From Paraspadella gotoi (lineage: Eukaryota > Animalia > Chaetognatha): a stretch of DNA of 64,000 nt. The DNA lies in assembly GCA_051294375.1 (NCBI GenBank), contig CM119265.1, positions 12,698,582 through 12,762,581 on the forward strand, written 5' to 3'. The notes below the pieces were generated by a model. That model made no database searches. It worked only from the letters and a program-made list of their open reading frames with translations, and was not told the DNA's origin. The position numbers were made by a program, and so were the translations under genes. Each line of letters begins with the position of its first letter. The first letter of the stretch is position 1. Shown here piece after piece: positions 40,068-53,687 of this stretch.

Positions 40068-41684
40068 CTGTGAAAAAGATCGAGAGAGAGAGAGAGATTC
40101 TGATTCCACGGACGCAATATTAAATATTCTCAAAGTTTAATTTTAAAATTAAAGACGGGATGCAAGGATATCTTACGTTTGTTAAGCGAATATTTCGATT
40201 ACCAAGAATCAAAATCTCACATCTACTGCAAATATTTATATGCGATTGGGTGAAGTTCTTTTTTTTTCCATTCTGAGGACGGATGTATAAAAGGTTTGAA
40301 ATTATGAATAATCTTACCCATCATCCTGAAAAATTCCCCTCATTTACTTCCAATTATCTGAATCTCTCCCTCTCTGTCTCTCTGTCTCTCTCCCTCTCTC
40401 CTTCTCTCTCGTTCTCTCTTTCTCTCTCTTTCCAAAAACTGAGTTTCTGTTTGAAAAATCGAAAAAGGAAAAGAGGAAAAAATAATTCCTTTAATTCTTG
40501 AATTTCAATAAGCCATCTTTCCGAAAGAAAATAGAGGACAAAAGCAAAAAGAAAAAGAAAAACTTGCGTGGGTTCGCCGCCATAATTCGATATAACTTCA
40601 TATTCAATTACTTCACATTCAAATTTGATAACTTCGCGTGAAAAATTATGGGGACGGGAGGGGGGGGGAAGTGTTTGTGATTTTCTTAGAAAGAAGTTTC
40701 TCGTGAATATAAAAGGAAAAAAAACATTAAAATGAAATAAACTTTGTAAAAATGATAATAGGAAAGAAAACTTTAAAAAATAAAAACAAAAAAGTTGATA
40801 CGATACGAGCGCCCGCGCAAGAGTTTCTGGATTATCAAGATAAGGTTTTAATGGAAAATAGACAAACGGCTGGTGTCAGTGGGAAGAACAGGGAGAAAGA
40901 GACAGAGACAGAAAGATAGATAGAGAGAGGGAGGGAGGGGGAGACAGAGACAATCCGGATGCTCTGCTTTGTTTTGCAGGCGTGCACGCGATAAACGCAT
41001 TTCGTCGCACGCAGAATCGCATGCACGCACGCAGACTCTCGAACGTCGCTTCCTCGATCCATTCCGTCGATTTAAAGGCGACGAAACATCTAAACTTAAA
41101 AAATTTACAAACAATTGTTTAATTATTTTGTTTTCATTCACTGGAAATAATTCGTTTTATTTAGTTTCATCGACTGAAAACCATTTCTTTTTTTGTTTAG
41201 TTAATAAATGGTAATTGAAATTTAAAAATAAATATTTTCAAAATAATTTAAATAACTCATTTAAATTTTGAACAACATTATCATCATGTACAGTTAACGT
41301 TATTAGAAATACTACTTATTCAAATATATAGACACGATTACAAATTTTGCACAAAGCGCGTTTTCCAGCGTTGCTCAGTCACGTCGTTAAGTTTTCTAAC
41401 GACTAACCTATCTCTATTGCTCTCTCTTTCTATAAACTTTTTTCAATAACGCATTCCTNNNNNNNNNNNNNNNNNNNNNNNNNCAGAGAGAGAGAGAGAG
41501 AAGGAGAGAGGAGAGAGAGAGAGAGGGAGAGAGGAGAGAGAGGAGAGAGAGAGAGCACGCCATAACAAGTTGACAATCAAGGGCGAGCCTTCGCCCATTC
41601 GCTTACAACGTTAATTATTATCACGAGAGAGAGAGAGAGAGAGAGAGAGATGAGAGACGAGAGAGAGAGAGAGACAGAGATGAC

Positions 41685-41719
<35 letters not shown>

Positions 41720-42081
41720 TATTTCCGCGACGATCAAGGTGTATTCACATTCAGAAGCACGTCACCATTAAGCTAACGATTCCTTTTGAGATTCACGAGC
41801 ATGAACTCAATCTCTGCATCATTGAAGGCAGCAATAACAACAACAACGACAACAACGAGGAGATAAACGAAGACAACGAGGATAATAAAAACTATTAAAA
41901 AAAATAAAATCGTCGAAATTCAAAAACCATAAAAAAAATAAATACTAAAAAATAAAATAAATACTAAATAATAAAATCTAACATCAACGCATGTATTATG
42001 CAAGTAAACGTTGAGACGAGGTTTATTAAATTATAATACGGAATAGATGTAATGTAATGTAATGTAATGTAATGTAATCAC

Positions 42082-42191
42082 CTTAATGACGAGAGTGTAT
42101 GTCGTGTCTCCGTGAGATTTTTTCATCGAGTATTTGTTGGGATCGAACGTGCCGTCGTATGGCTGATCTCCGAAGGCGATCATTCGATTTC
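42082..42191 (-). CDS. IgSF gene exon: middle of Ig1
   Basis: ttttctatag acceptor and gtgatt donor; 110 bp, phase 1-0. Encodes GNRMIAFGDQPYDGTFDPNKYSMKKSHGDTTYTLVIK, joining in frame to give YTLVIK-NVSFSDSGSYKC. Confidence 0.92.
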
Positions 42192-43505
42192 CTATAGAAA
42201 AATGTGAAAATAAATGTAAAAGAAAAGCAAAATTATTCATTTAACAAACATTGCTAACAGTGCAAACATTCTTTAATTTCTAAACCTCTCAAAAAAAAAA
42301 AAACAAAAAAAAACTAAATGATAATTAATCTCTGCTTGAAATTATTCTCAGCTACATCATAAAAAGCGCACTGATTGAAAGAATGAAAGACATTATATTT
42401 GGTAGACATATCGAAGCCGGCTTTCAAAGAATATGATGTCAATAAAANNNNNNNNNNNNNNNNNNNNNNNNNNNNNNNNNNNNNNNNNNNNNNNNNNNNN
42501 NNNNNNNNNNNNNNNNNNNNNNNNNNNNNNNNNNNNNNNNNNNNNNNNNNNNNNNNNNNNNNNNNNNNNNNNNNNNNNNNNNNNNNNNNNNNNNNNNNNN
42601 NNNNNNNNNNNNNNNNNNNNNNNNNNNNNNNNNNNNNNNNNNNNNNNNNNNNNNNNNNNNNNNNNNNNNNNNNNNNNNNNNNNNNNNNNNNNNNNNNNNN
42701 NNNNNNNNNNNNNNNNNNNNNNNNNNNNNNNNNNNNNNNNNNNNNNNNNNNNNNNNNNNNNNNNNNNNNNNNNNNNNNNNNNNNNNNNNNNNNNNNNNNN
42801 NNNNNNNNNNNNNNNNNNNNNNNNNNNNNNNNNNNNNNNNNNNNNNNNNNNNNNNNNNNNNNNNNNNNNNNNNNNNNNNNNNNNNNNNNNNNNNNNNNNN
42901 NNNNNNNNNNNNNNNNNNNNNNNNNNNNNNNNNNNNNNNNNNNNNNNNNNNNNNNNNNNNNNNNNNNNNNNNNNNNNNNNNNNNNNNNNNNNNNNNNNNN
43001 NNNNNNNNNNNNNNNNNNNNNNNNNNNNNNNNNNNNNNNNNNNNNNNNNNNNNNNNNNNCTCTCTCTCCATTTTTATAGAATCGTGAAGTTTTCCCTTCT
43101 TGAGCGACTTACGCTAAAAGCAATGAGATCCCTCTCTCTCTTTNNNNNNNNNNNNNNNNNNNNNNNNNNNNNNNNNNNNNNNNNNNNNNNNNNNNNNNNN
43201 NNNNNNNNNNNNNNNNNNNNNNNNNNNNNNNNNNNNNNNNNNNNNNNNNNNNNNNNNNNNNNNNNNNNNNNNNNNNNNNNNNNNNNNNNNNNNNNNNNNN
43301 NNNNNNNNNNNNNNNNNNNNNNNNNNNNNNNNNNNNNNNNNNNNNNNNNNNNNNNNNNNNNNNNNNNNNNNNNAGAGAGAGAGAGAGAGAGAGATGAACT
43401 TTCTCGGTTTTTGCGGTGTCTGGTTGCCATGGCGCTCGCCTAGTCCATGTTGCACTTCCATCCTTTCATCTTTCAATCCCGTTTTTTCCATCAGCCACGT
43501 GACAG

Positions 43506-43636
43506 CTTACATTTTCTCCTACTTACATTTTCTCCTACTTACATTTTCTCCTACTTACATTTTCTCCTACTTACATTTTCTCCTACTTACATTTTCTCCT
43601 ACTTACATTTTCTCCTACTTACATTTTCTCCTACTT
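43506..43636. repeat. Perfect 16-bp minisatellite (acttacattttctcct), about 8 copies
   Basis: Directly visible with identical units. Confidence 0.95.
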
Positions 43637-44260
43637 TACCATCCAAATATGAAATACAATTATCGAAAGTCACTTTTCTTTTTCACTACTCGCTAAATTC
43701 TAATATTCGCGATTCACCGACGACCCAGCTTCTCTCTTCGTCTTCCCCTCAAACTCACAACTCATCAACGCAACTCAAATTTACTTTTTTTAGTTACATC
43801 TTTCCGTCTTATTTTTCTCGATTAATTTTTAAAGTTAATTATAGAGAAAAAAAATTGAGACTGTCTCGGAATAACCGAACACGAGACGAAAACAATGAAG
43901 TTATTTACATTTTAATGAGAAACTCCCAACTCTTTTCCTTTTACAAAGGCATCTGGTTTGAGTCGTTCTTACTTACCACGTCACCTTACTAGGAGAACGC
44001 CTTTCTCTTACTTTAGTAGCCTATCTGGGGAGTCCTTACCCTACATTACCATCGCTTTAATTTCAGTTGACCCTTATCATTTTTTTTTTGCCTTTCTCTC
44101 CTTTTCTTCAATCTTCACCCCCCCCCCTCCGCCCTCCCGCGTCCGGGCGTCATACTCGTCTTTTCCCGGACTCGAGATGCGCAGTCAGTCCCTTTCTAAT
44201 TACGTGCATCTTTTATTGGGCCTTGTCAGGGATGAAACCAGACAGTCAGAGACAGAGGAA

Positions 44261-44321
<61 letters not shown>

Positions 44322-44866
44322 AAACAAGAGGGAAAAGCGTCCCACACAAAAGTTAATGTGACAAGATCACCAGTGATGAAGCTAAATTGCTGGTCGACGC
44401 CGAGAAAGTCGCCCGGATCAAAAAGGATTACATACATCCGGGGATTTTCTAGTAGGCGGTGGGACTCGCAGGTTTAGTAGACTTAATGCTATATGTAAAT
44501 AAACAGATAATGATTCAAAAAAATAATTTCACATAAAATAATTGCATTTCAGACAATCTTCTAGTGATCTTCTATGACTAATAAAAAAAAATACTTTATG
44601 AAAAAAAAAGTTTTCCAGCTTTTAAACGTTATAAATCTTAAAATTTAGCACTAGTAATATTATTATCAAAAATCGTCTAAAGTAATGTAAAACGTTCGTG
44701 TTAACATAGAAGAATAAAACTAGTACTTTATCGTTATGCGACAATAATCTCTCTAAACAACCTCCTTGTTTGCCTTAACCGCTCTCTGTCACTTGCTCTC
44801 TCGCTCGCTGAGAGGGAAATTGTGATGGATCGCCATCCTTTTTTTACTTTTGGAGACAGCGTGAGA

Positions 44867-44910
<44 letters not shown>

Positions 44911-45223
44911 AGACAGAAATTGCTGGGCATCGGAAAAAGAGGAGTGGTTATTCAAGTCTGATGGGGTGTGGTCACATCTGGAATTTAGTTTGTAAAAGAC
45001 GCGGGGAAAACAGGATATTCATGGGCTGATTTAAAAGTCTAAACTAGTATGTAAATGTACTCAGTCTTAGAGTAGCTTTTCGTACTTAAGGAGAGAAGGT
45101 GTGATTTGCAATTAAGTGATTCGAGTAGAATGTCATTTTTCTCATCTTGCGCCGTTTGAGGAGGGAAGGTCGAAGGAAGAAACAAAAAAAGCGATTAATT
45201 AAAAGTGGGCATTAAAAGTGGGC

Positions 45224-46116
45224 ATGGTCAAGGAGGTCATGGGGAGGTATGAGGAAAGGAACAATGATGTCAAATAAGAGAAGCTCAAATTTGGAAGAGA
45301 AGGTAGTGGTGGAGTAAGGATGCTAGGTAGCTGGATGGGATGGAAAGAGGATGTGAAGAACAGAATCAAGAGAGCAAATAAGATTTGGTGGAAGCTTAAG
45401 AAACAGCTGAGTGGGTCGAGCCTATCCAAGAGGATGCAGGCAAGAATAATAGAAGCGTGCGTAGAAAACTCTCTCCTATTCGACAGCGCCGTAAGAGTTT
45501 GGACTTTAAGAGAAATAAAATCTTTTCAGAGCTTTGTAGATAAAGAGTACAGATTTGTGTGGAGACGAGGAAACAAGCCCCCGTTGATTCAAAAGCAGGA
45601 GGAAGGAGTAAACATACAGGATGTAAGATCTCACCTGAGGATAAAAAGTATAAGATGGAAAATCGAAAAGAGAGTGTAAGAAAGGATAGGACATGTGATG
45701 ATAATGGAGGATGACCGAATGGCCGAGGCTGTAATTCTTGGATGGATGAGCGAGTTAGAAAAGTGGGAGCTGAAAGGTAAAAGGAACAGAAGGACCCACC
45801 ACTACTGGAGAAAAGTATTATGAGAGGCTGGGCTGGATGTATGCGACATAGGAGATATGACGAAAGACCGAAAGTTATGGAGGATTCGAGTTAAGGAGAG
45901 GATGGACCACCTGTAGGAATGGGAGAAGAGTCAAGGGCATAAGTGGAAGGGGGACAGCATAACAAGGAATGTTGGGTGAAAAGAAAGTAATTTAGTTTGT
46001 TCTTACTGTGGAAAAGAATGTAAGTCTAGAGCCGGTCTTGTCACACACGAGAAAAGGATTCACGAGGTGGTGTCCAGTCAGAAGAAGTCTTTCGTCTGCG
46101 GAAAATGCGATGAAGG
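45224..46116 (+). mobile_element. Degenerate 5'-truncated non-LTR retrotransposon (RTE-like) fragment: RT thumb region plus C2H2 zinc finger(s)
   Basis: One frame with several stops: VRMLGSWM..EDVKNRIKRANKIWWKLKK...RIIEACVENSLLF...W...RIGHVMIMEDDRMAEAVILGW...DRKLWR...CSYCGKECKSRAGLVTHEKRIH...FVCGKC. These are typical RTE-clade C-terminal motifs. Confidence 0.88.
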
Positions 46117-47691
46117 AGAGGGGGGGGCATTCTTTTGAGTTGAACTCACTCTGTCCCACTCACCATAACAGGACGTCAATTTCTATGGGTCGTGGAACAA
46201 ACGAAACAATATTATTGTTATTCTTAACAGACAGAAGAAACAGAAAAAAGAGCGGGATAGAAGAAACAGAAAAGATAGCGGGATAGAAGGGAAAGAAAAA
46301 AAAACAGTTAAAGACAGCGACAAAGAAGTCGGGACTCTATGAGAAAGAATCTGCTGACAAATGGAGGAAAATGACAGGATTATGATCTTCGATTCGCGTC
46401 GGACAAAAAAATAGATGAAGACGCAGAGAAAAGAAACCGTTTTCTTTTAGTGGAAGGGAGTCTTGTGGGTAGATAGTCCGATGGGAAAGGGGTTAAGCTA
46501 AAGAGTGGGTTTGATGGGAAGGGAGCTTTGTTAGAAAGGGAGTTTGATGGGAAGTAGTCCGCGACATTTGATTCTAAAGGGAGCGAAGGAAACTGTCTCG
46601 AAAAAGTGGGCTTCACGCCTCAGGAATGGGGTCAAAATGTGACGGAAAGTTCGGGTCATAAAAATCCCGAAACGCGTTACGCGGACTTGAGTACATTGCT
46701 TTTAAGGGTTGAGTATTTTTAAATATAGTTTTTTTGACTAGAGACTAAAAAAAAAAAAAAAATTCAGAAACGTAATAATTTGAAACGCAAATTTACAGTT
46801 TTGGTGAAATGACAAATTCGTGATGAAGAAAATTAATAAGGCTTTGAGAAACCTCAATTTTTTTTTATTTTTTTAGTGTCCGCAATTGTTATATTTTTTG
46901 AATTATCATTTTATTTAGTGCTATTAGTCTTGATCAATTCTTTTTATCGTTTTATGCGTTAAATTGTTTTTTCTATTATTTAAAAAAAAATTGACTGAGA
47001 CGGACCCAAAAATATTTGTTCGCCTTCAACTCTCGACCAACTGCAACGACGTCACTTGGACTTAACCGATCGGAACGGGGGAAAAGCTTTTCGTCGTTGA
47101 CGCTCAAAGTTGAACTCGGCGCCATCTTGAGATTTTTTGCCGAACGCGTGAATCGCGTGTGCTGAACGAAATGTTAAACGAAGGTTAAATTTCTTTCTCT
47201 TCGCCTACTCGCTTTCTTTCGACGTCGGATGTCGCAGGATCGAAACGAATTTCGACGCCGCCGCTGCCGAATCAAGCGGCTGCCACCGCGTCAACTCGTC
47301 ATTCTCAGCCTCCGCCAACGCATCGCAGCGATGCCCGTCGCCGTCGCCAGAAACGCAAGGTGGGGTTAAGCGTTCTGTGACGCCTGTGATCGCTAGATCC
47401 GTTTCGATCCGGTGGACGAGATTTCGGTTTTGGGGGGGGAGGGGGGGAGGGTAGCGTGAAAGGGGACTGAGGATGGGGGGGGATATCTGATCCGAACCGT
47501 TACCTCGTCGGCCCGGTTACGAGGTGGGGTATTAAATTTGGGGGAAGTGGGTTCGGCCGGTTCGGGGGGGGCGAGGCAGGGGCAGAAAAGGGACCAAGAT
47601 ACAAAAGTTTTAACGTCAGGCAGTAAAATCGGTGACCTTTGGAATGGAAGTCTTGCGTAAAAAGTCACGAGGCGATTTTATTTCCTCTTTT

Positions 47692-47724
<33 letters not shown>

Positions 47725-49091
47725 TTTTCGATTTATTTTTTTCCTTCTTTTATTTTTTCATCTCGGTGGTTTTTTCGTCGAGCTTCTTCTTTCTTCGTCT
47801 TTTAGCAGAAGACGAAGGAAAAAAAATAAAGCTTGAAACCGAAACGCGAAGGAAAAAAAATGTCTTGAAAGGAAATTGAATGGAAAAATATTCAATCGGA
47901 GTGGAAAGAAGATTCGAGGGAAATATCAGTTTGCGACTTGTCTGTTTTATTCGCAAAAGACATCCTATCTTTTTTCAGATAACGATTTCGTCTCAAACAA
48001 TGAGAGCAAATAACAAAATTAAAAGGGAACTAACTGATAGGGTAAGAAATTCTTTTTCTACAATTTTCTCCTTACTTTTTGCTTTCATTATCGATTCTTT
48101 TTTTTCGGTTTTCGATAAATTAATTCCCAGAAGATTGCGTCGTTTCAGATCGAAAGGAGGGCGTCTGACTCAGTCGGACTTCCGCCCCCCCCCATCTACT
48201 ATGCTTACGATTAAATCTCCATCCGTCATCGTTGAACCGCGGCGTCGACGATTGTTCCAGCACAAACCGTCAGCTTTGGTTCATGTCATCTCCCGGTTGG
48301 CAGGTGTCGCCATCTCTGGCATCTGTCGGCATTTGGCGGCGCATCGTCGGACCGAGACGAAATACTAATGGGGGTTTCCTATCGCGCGCCTAGTTTGGTT
48401 ACGGTCGGAGAGGCTCTTAGTAAGTCGCGTAGATGTTTTTCATCTACCTTCTTCTTTTCTTATCGTCTGCTTTCATCGTAATTTCTATTCTTTTTATCCA
48501 ATATTTTTTTTTTCTTATCTTCTTATCCTACCAAGTACCAAACCTCACATTACCATACCAAGCGTCTTAGTCGCTTCACAACAAAAAACCACCAATTTAG
48601 GTGAGAGTTTTCTCCCTTTATTTTTCGACAAACAATTTTAACAAACAAGAACCAACTATTTATTATGTACCTGTAAACAGGTTTTTACGATTTAGCCATA
48701 CGCCATCTCTCCATTTATGTCAGCCCGTCTAGTGAGAGAGTCCACGCTCCTCAGAGGCGCAAACCCCGATCACCGGCGTCGTCTCCGCTTTTAACGAGCG
48801 CCGCGGGTGGCGCTGGCGACCGACGACGCGCACTCAGGTGCGACGGCGACCGCGCGAGTGCGTCCAAGTGCCCGTGACAGTCGCAGTGGTTTTCGCGAAA
48901 TATCACCTCGTGAGGAAACCGCGCCGCCCGCGCCGCCCACCGACGCCTGTCTACGACCCCCCCAAGCATATCTCCCCTCCCTCTCTCTCCTCCCTCCCTC
49001 ACCCCCGCGGCCCCCTCCGTCGCTTCTTGGCGTCTGGGACCCTCGTTCCTCCTTTTTGTCTGGCAACATTTTTATTTTCCTGCCTCTCTCT

Positions 49092-49127
<36 letters not shown>

Positions 49128-49128
49128 T

Positions 49129-49179
<51 letters not shown>

Positions 49180-52100
49180 CTCATCTCTCCTCTCTCGTCT
49201 TTTTTATTACCGTCTGTGTTTGTTTGTCTTCTTCTCTCGGATATTCTACTTCATCTTTCCTTTCTCATTCTTCCTTTTTTTTCTTCCCTCTTTCCTTTGT
49301 TATAGTTACCTCCTTTTCTTTTTTTCCTTCCCACTTTCCCCTCCCACTTTCCTATCCTCTTCCCTCCTTCTCCGACTCTCTCCTTCCATTTCTACGCTTC
49401 CGTTTCACCTTTTCGGAATCCCGCTCATGTTGCGCGGGAGGTCAAAGTTCGTCTCATCCGTTCCTGGATTTTATCATAACAAAAACGAAAACACGATTAT
49501 GCTACAAATCATAACCTAGGAAATCAGTTTTCTCCGCTCTCTTATTTTATTCGTCGTTTTCGATAACTTAAAAAAAAATAGTAGAAAACTTTTAAGCTAC
49601 GTTCTCGTTACGGGGTTTTTTTTTTCTTGTTTTTTTCGTTAGTATTTTGGCCAACGATTGTTAATTTTTCGGCAAACAATAAATAGTTTATCTGATAGAA
49701 CTTCACTTATTATTTAATCAGGCATTAATTCTTCGTTATTCGTTCATTTCATCTCAATTTTACTTCTTCGTCTCCTGATATAACATCACTGCCAGTTAGT
49801 TTTTCCCCCAACTAATTTATAATCTCATTTCAGTTCCTTGGATATTTTCTCGAATGATTTGTAACACGTATATATATGAGGTACAAAACAAAACAGGGGA
49901 GAAAAAAGAAAGAACTTTAATGGGAAAAATGGCTTTAAAACAAAATAAGCGGATGTCTAAATAAAAACAGGCTTCGCTATGCGGACGAAAAATAAACAAA
50001 AAGCCGTTGATAAAGTGGATGAATAAAGTGAATGAATAAAGTGGACGAATAAAGGGAAAAAGAAAAGAAAAATGAAGGAAAAGAAAAGGAAAACGGAGGA
50101 AGAAAAGAAGAAGGCTGCGAGGAAGATAAATTTGACGTTTATCGCGCTCGAGTTTGTCGATGGTTTACCTGGATAACCGAAAAGTAAAAAAAAGGAATAA
50201 GGAAAAAAAAAGGGGGAAAAAAATAAAAAAGTAAAAAGGGGGAAATAAACCGGAGGAGACAAGAGCGAAAAAAAAACTGCAAAAAAAAAAAAAAAACTAA
50301 GAAAGATAACCTCATTCATTTATTCATGAGAGGAAAAGAAAGAGAGGCAGGGCCTGACGCGCCGGCCCCGGTAATCCTATTGTCAACTCGGCGCACCCCT
50401 CGTCTCCGCCGAGTATAAAATCGGGAATAAATATCTTTATAGGGACGAGAAGAAAAAAAATGCGATAATAAGCCAATTTGAATAAGCAGTGATTTAATCA
50501 ACGGCCCACGGGATTTCAGTTTGGAAGCTTCAATACCCACTCTGTCCCTGTCTCATCCAATATTCATTCGAAAAAAAGGACGAGGGGGAAAAAAAAGCAT
50601 ATTGCTTTAATTTGGGAGAGACTAGCGACATCTATCCTATCAAGAAAAAAAAACTTATTCTCTGGTAAACTTTACTACGGTTTTCAAATTAGATCGATGA
50701 TTTCCAGAAAATCTAATTTATACTTCATAAATTATTATTATTATATTCGAAACCAGACGAGTCTTCTTGGGAAGCTTGGACACAAAACGAGGAAGTCACT
50801 AGTGAAACGCTGACAATCTCTCGCCAACAACAAGAGGACCAAACGTTCTCTCTGCACCGCCGAAGCTTCATGACATCCTGTCAACTCAATCCAGAGCTAA
50901 ATCCTTTTTTTAAAGGAAACATATGCGTCGACAAAATCCAGGACGAAAAAAAAAATGGGGAATCTTATAAATCTCCGTCATCTAAAAACCTCTCAATCAA
51001 AGATATTTTCTTTAAAACGAAACTTGAGGCTAGGATGTTTGATGTAAGTAAATATTTGGCTCTCTTCTTCAAAAGCGACCCATTCGGTATATCTGTTCCT
51101 TATTCCCTGAACTTAAATGTAACCCTAATTCATAACTCTAACCCTAACCCCTATCTTTAAACCGTAGTCCCTAACCTAAAGAGTTTTCTTTGTCTTCATA
51201 TTGGTTTCGTCTTTTCCTTAGCATAGATTAAACCGGTTTCCAAAGACCCCAAAGTGTTGTGACACCGCAAAACGCGTCCAAACTCTCGCCTCCTACACTT
51301 TAAATGTGAAACAAATTAATAATGCGTGATCTTTCCTCAACTTAATCTTCCGCGTCGTATATAAACGATATTTAACAATGAACAGGGAAGCAGATTGCTT
51401 GCTGATTGCTTGCTGATTACTCGATGATCAAAAAAAGTTTAATCGCAATTTTCTTTTACTTTTTTTTTCTTCCTTCGTGAGACTTCCCTGCATCCTCTTC
51501 ACACCTTGACTGAGAAACTCTAAAGAAAGATTATTGCTTTCTTTTTTCGTTGCCTTCTATTTTTTTTCTTCGTTTTTCTCTTCGTCGTTTTCGTCTTCGT
51601 TTTCGTCTTCGTCGTCGCCGCCGCAGCCACTGCGTCTTACAGGTGTTGGACGTCAGAAATTCATGCCGATAAGAAAATCGGGAATCCCCGAATTGACATC
51701 GCGCGCCTTGGCGCACATGCGCGATACAGATACGTTCATATGCGACTCGATACTGTCGGACGCTGACAGATGCGACGAGGAAGAGCGACATCTACGGAAG
51801 GCTGTACGTGATGACAGACGCTTTCGGAAAATAAAAAGATGCCACAGAGATTTTTTGAGAACAAAATTTAGAAAAATTATAGGAGAGAAAAGCGGTTGCG
51901 GCCTGATACCGAGCCTCTTTATCTCCCTTTTTTTTCTTTTTTCTTAACAAAGTTTTTCCCCCATTTTCTGTTTTTATTATTTTTTCTTTCTCAAATCTTG
52001 TTTAAATTTTAATGTCTCACGAACTTGCACTCGAATAAAGGGAAAAGAACCTCCCTTTTTTTAAAAAAATTTAACTGTCGCGTGTCTTTTAATGCAACAG

Positions 52101-53687
52101 GAGAAACCGAATTAATTCGATGAATTATCGGAAACAAGGGAAACGAAACGGTGGCTTCGCTTTGACAAATTCGTCGACCCGCGTCGTCCCTTTAAATTAA
52201 TTCCGAACGCGTTCCGAACGAGATTACTCGAAAGGTCGCGTCTCTCCGTTTGTTATCAATTGTTAAGGGACGTTGAATTTTAAAAACAGGCTCCGTATTA
52301 ACGTAATTAATGAGGATACGCGGCGACGTTTTCAAAAAAAAAAATTACCCATGAATACGAAATATGGCGTCGTGAATTAAAAAAATTATAAAAAAGAGGG
52401 AAAAGTTTAAAAAAAAGTGAGTGACGTCAAGGAGAAAATAAACAAAACAAAGAAAGATAAAGAAAAAGGAGAAAAAAGAGAAAATAAGGCGAGAAATAAT
52501 ATTTTCCAAAAAAAATTTTACTCAGAGAAAGAATAAGAGAGAGAGAAAGAGAGAGATTCGAGTGTATGTACCCTAGTACCCAAGCTTATTATTATTCCCC
52601 AGAACGCGAATGGATTGTCAAAATTAACAAATGACTCTGGGTTGCCACTTTGTTCGGGTACCCAATAACAAACCCCACGGTGGCAGCGGGAGAGCAGGAA
52701 GGAGCGAAGTCGGTGTAGCAGGTGGCGGTTCGGGCGGCGGTGCAGGCGGAGGTGCAGACGCGGGTGCGGCCGGCGGTGGGGGGGGGGTGAACGACATCGA
52801 AAAAGTTATGATAATTAGCTGCGTTTTCGGTCGCCTCATTCATTTAGGAATAAAGGCTGAAACGCGTTCTCATTTCGGGGCGAATCCTCGTCGGCGTTGG
52901 CGTCGATGAGAGTAAAGCTTAAAGAGGATTTGTAGTTTATTATTTATGACTAGGGGGATTCTTAAACTTGATAAACTTTAGTTGGTTAATCAAAGAAAAG
53001 TATTCATTATTTGAAGAAAAGTTACGTAACAAAATCGCAAGGAAGAGAAGTCGCAGCTGGAGACTCGAGTAAAACTCAATGAATATATAAAGTAAATCAT
53101 GAGCTACAAAGATTGTTATAGGAATAAAAAAAAANNNNNNNNNNNNNNNNNNNNNNNNNNNNNNNNNNNNNNNNNNNNNNNNNNNNNNNNNNNNNNNNNN
53201 NNNNNNNNNNNNNNNNNNNNNNNNNNNNNNNNNNNNNNNNNNNNNNNNNNNNNNNNNNNNNNNNNNNNNNNNNNNNNNNNNNNNNNNNNNNNNNNNNNNN
53301 NNNNNNNNNNNNNNNNNNNNNNNNNNNNNNNNNNNNNNNNNCTTTTTCCCCGGCGAATCCGATGCCTTCCGAAACTTGTTTTTTCGGATTTATCGACAAG
53401 GAAAACGCGTTCGTTGTAAATGCTGCTTCTCCAGATTTTCATTGACATTTTTGGCTGTTCTTCTATTTTTTATGCAAACAAAGAAACTAGAGAGAACATT
53501 GAAGCATAAATCGAAGAATGTTTTACAATAGTATAATTAACTCAATTCTTTAATTCCTTCATCAGCCTAGAAACGACTTCCTAAACAAATCATTGCCACT
53601 TACTCTCAGCGACAACTACTTTCTCTAAATGACGACCTTCTCCACGCTCCCAATTATCAATCATTTTCAATCAAACCCATAACTTAC

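Noticed and set aside
44340-44437. Minus-strand GDLVTLTFVW as an alternative Ig1 start exon
   Set aside because: It lacks the Cys and a donor site; the exon at 53688 already supplies this part in the correct phase.
52624-52909. Pro-rich (minus) and Gly-rich (plus) ORFs
   Set aside because: Low-complexity GC patch with no convincing splice sites, and it would interrupt Ig1.
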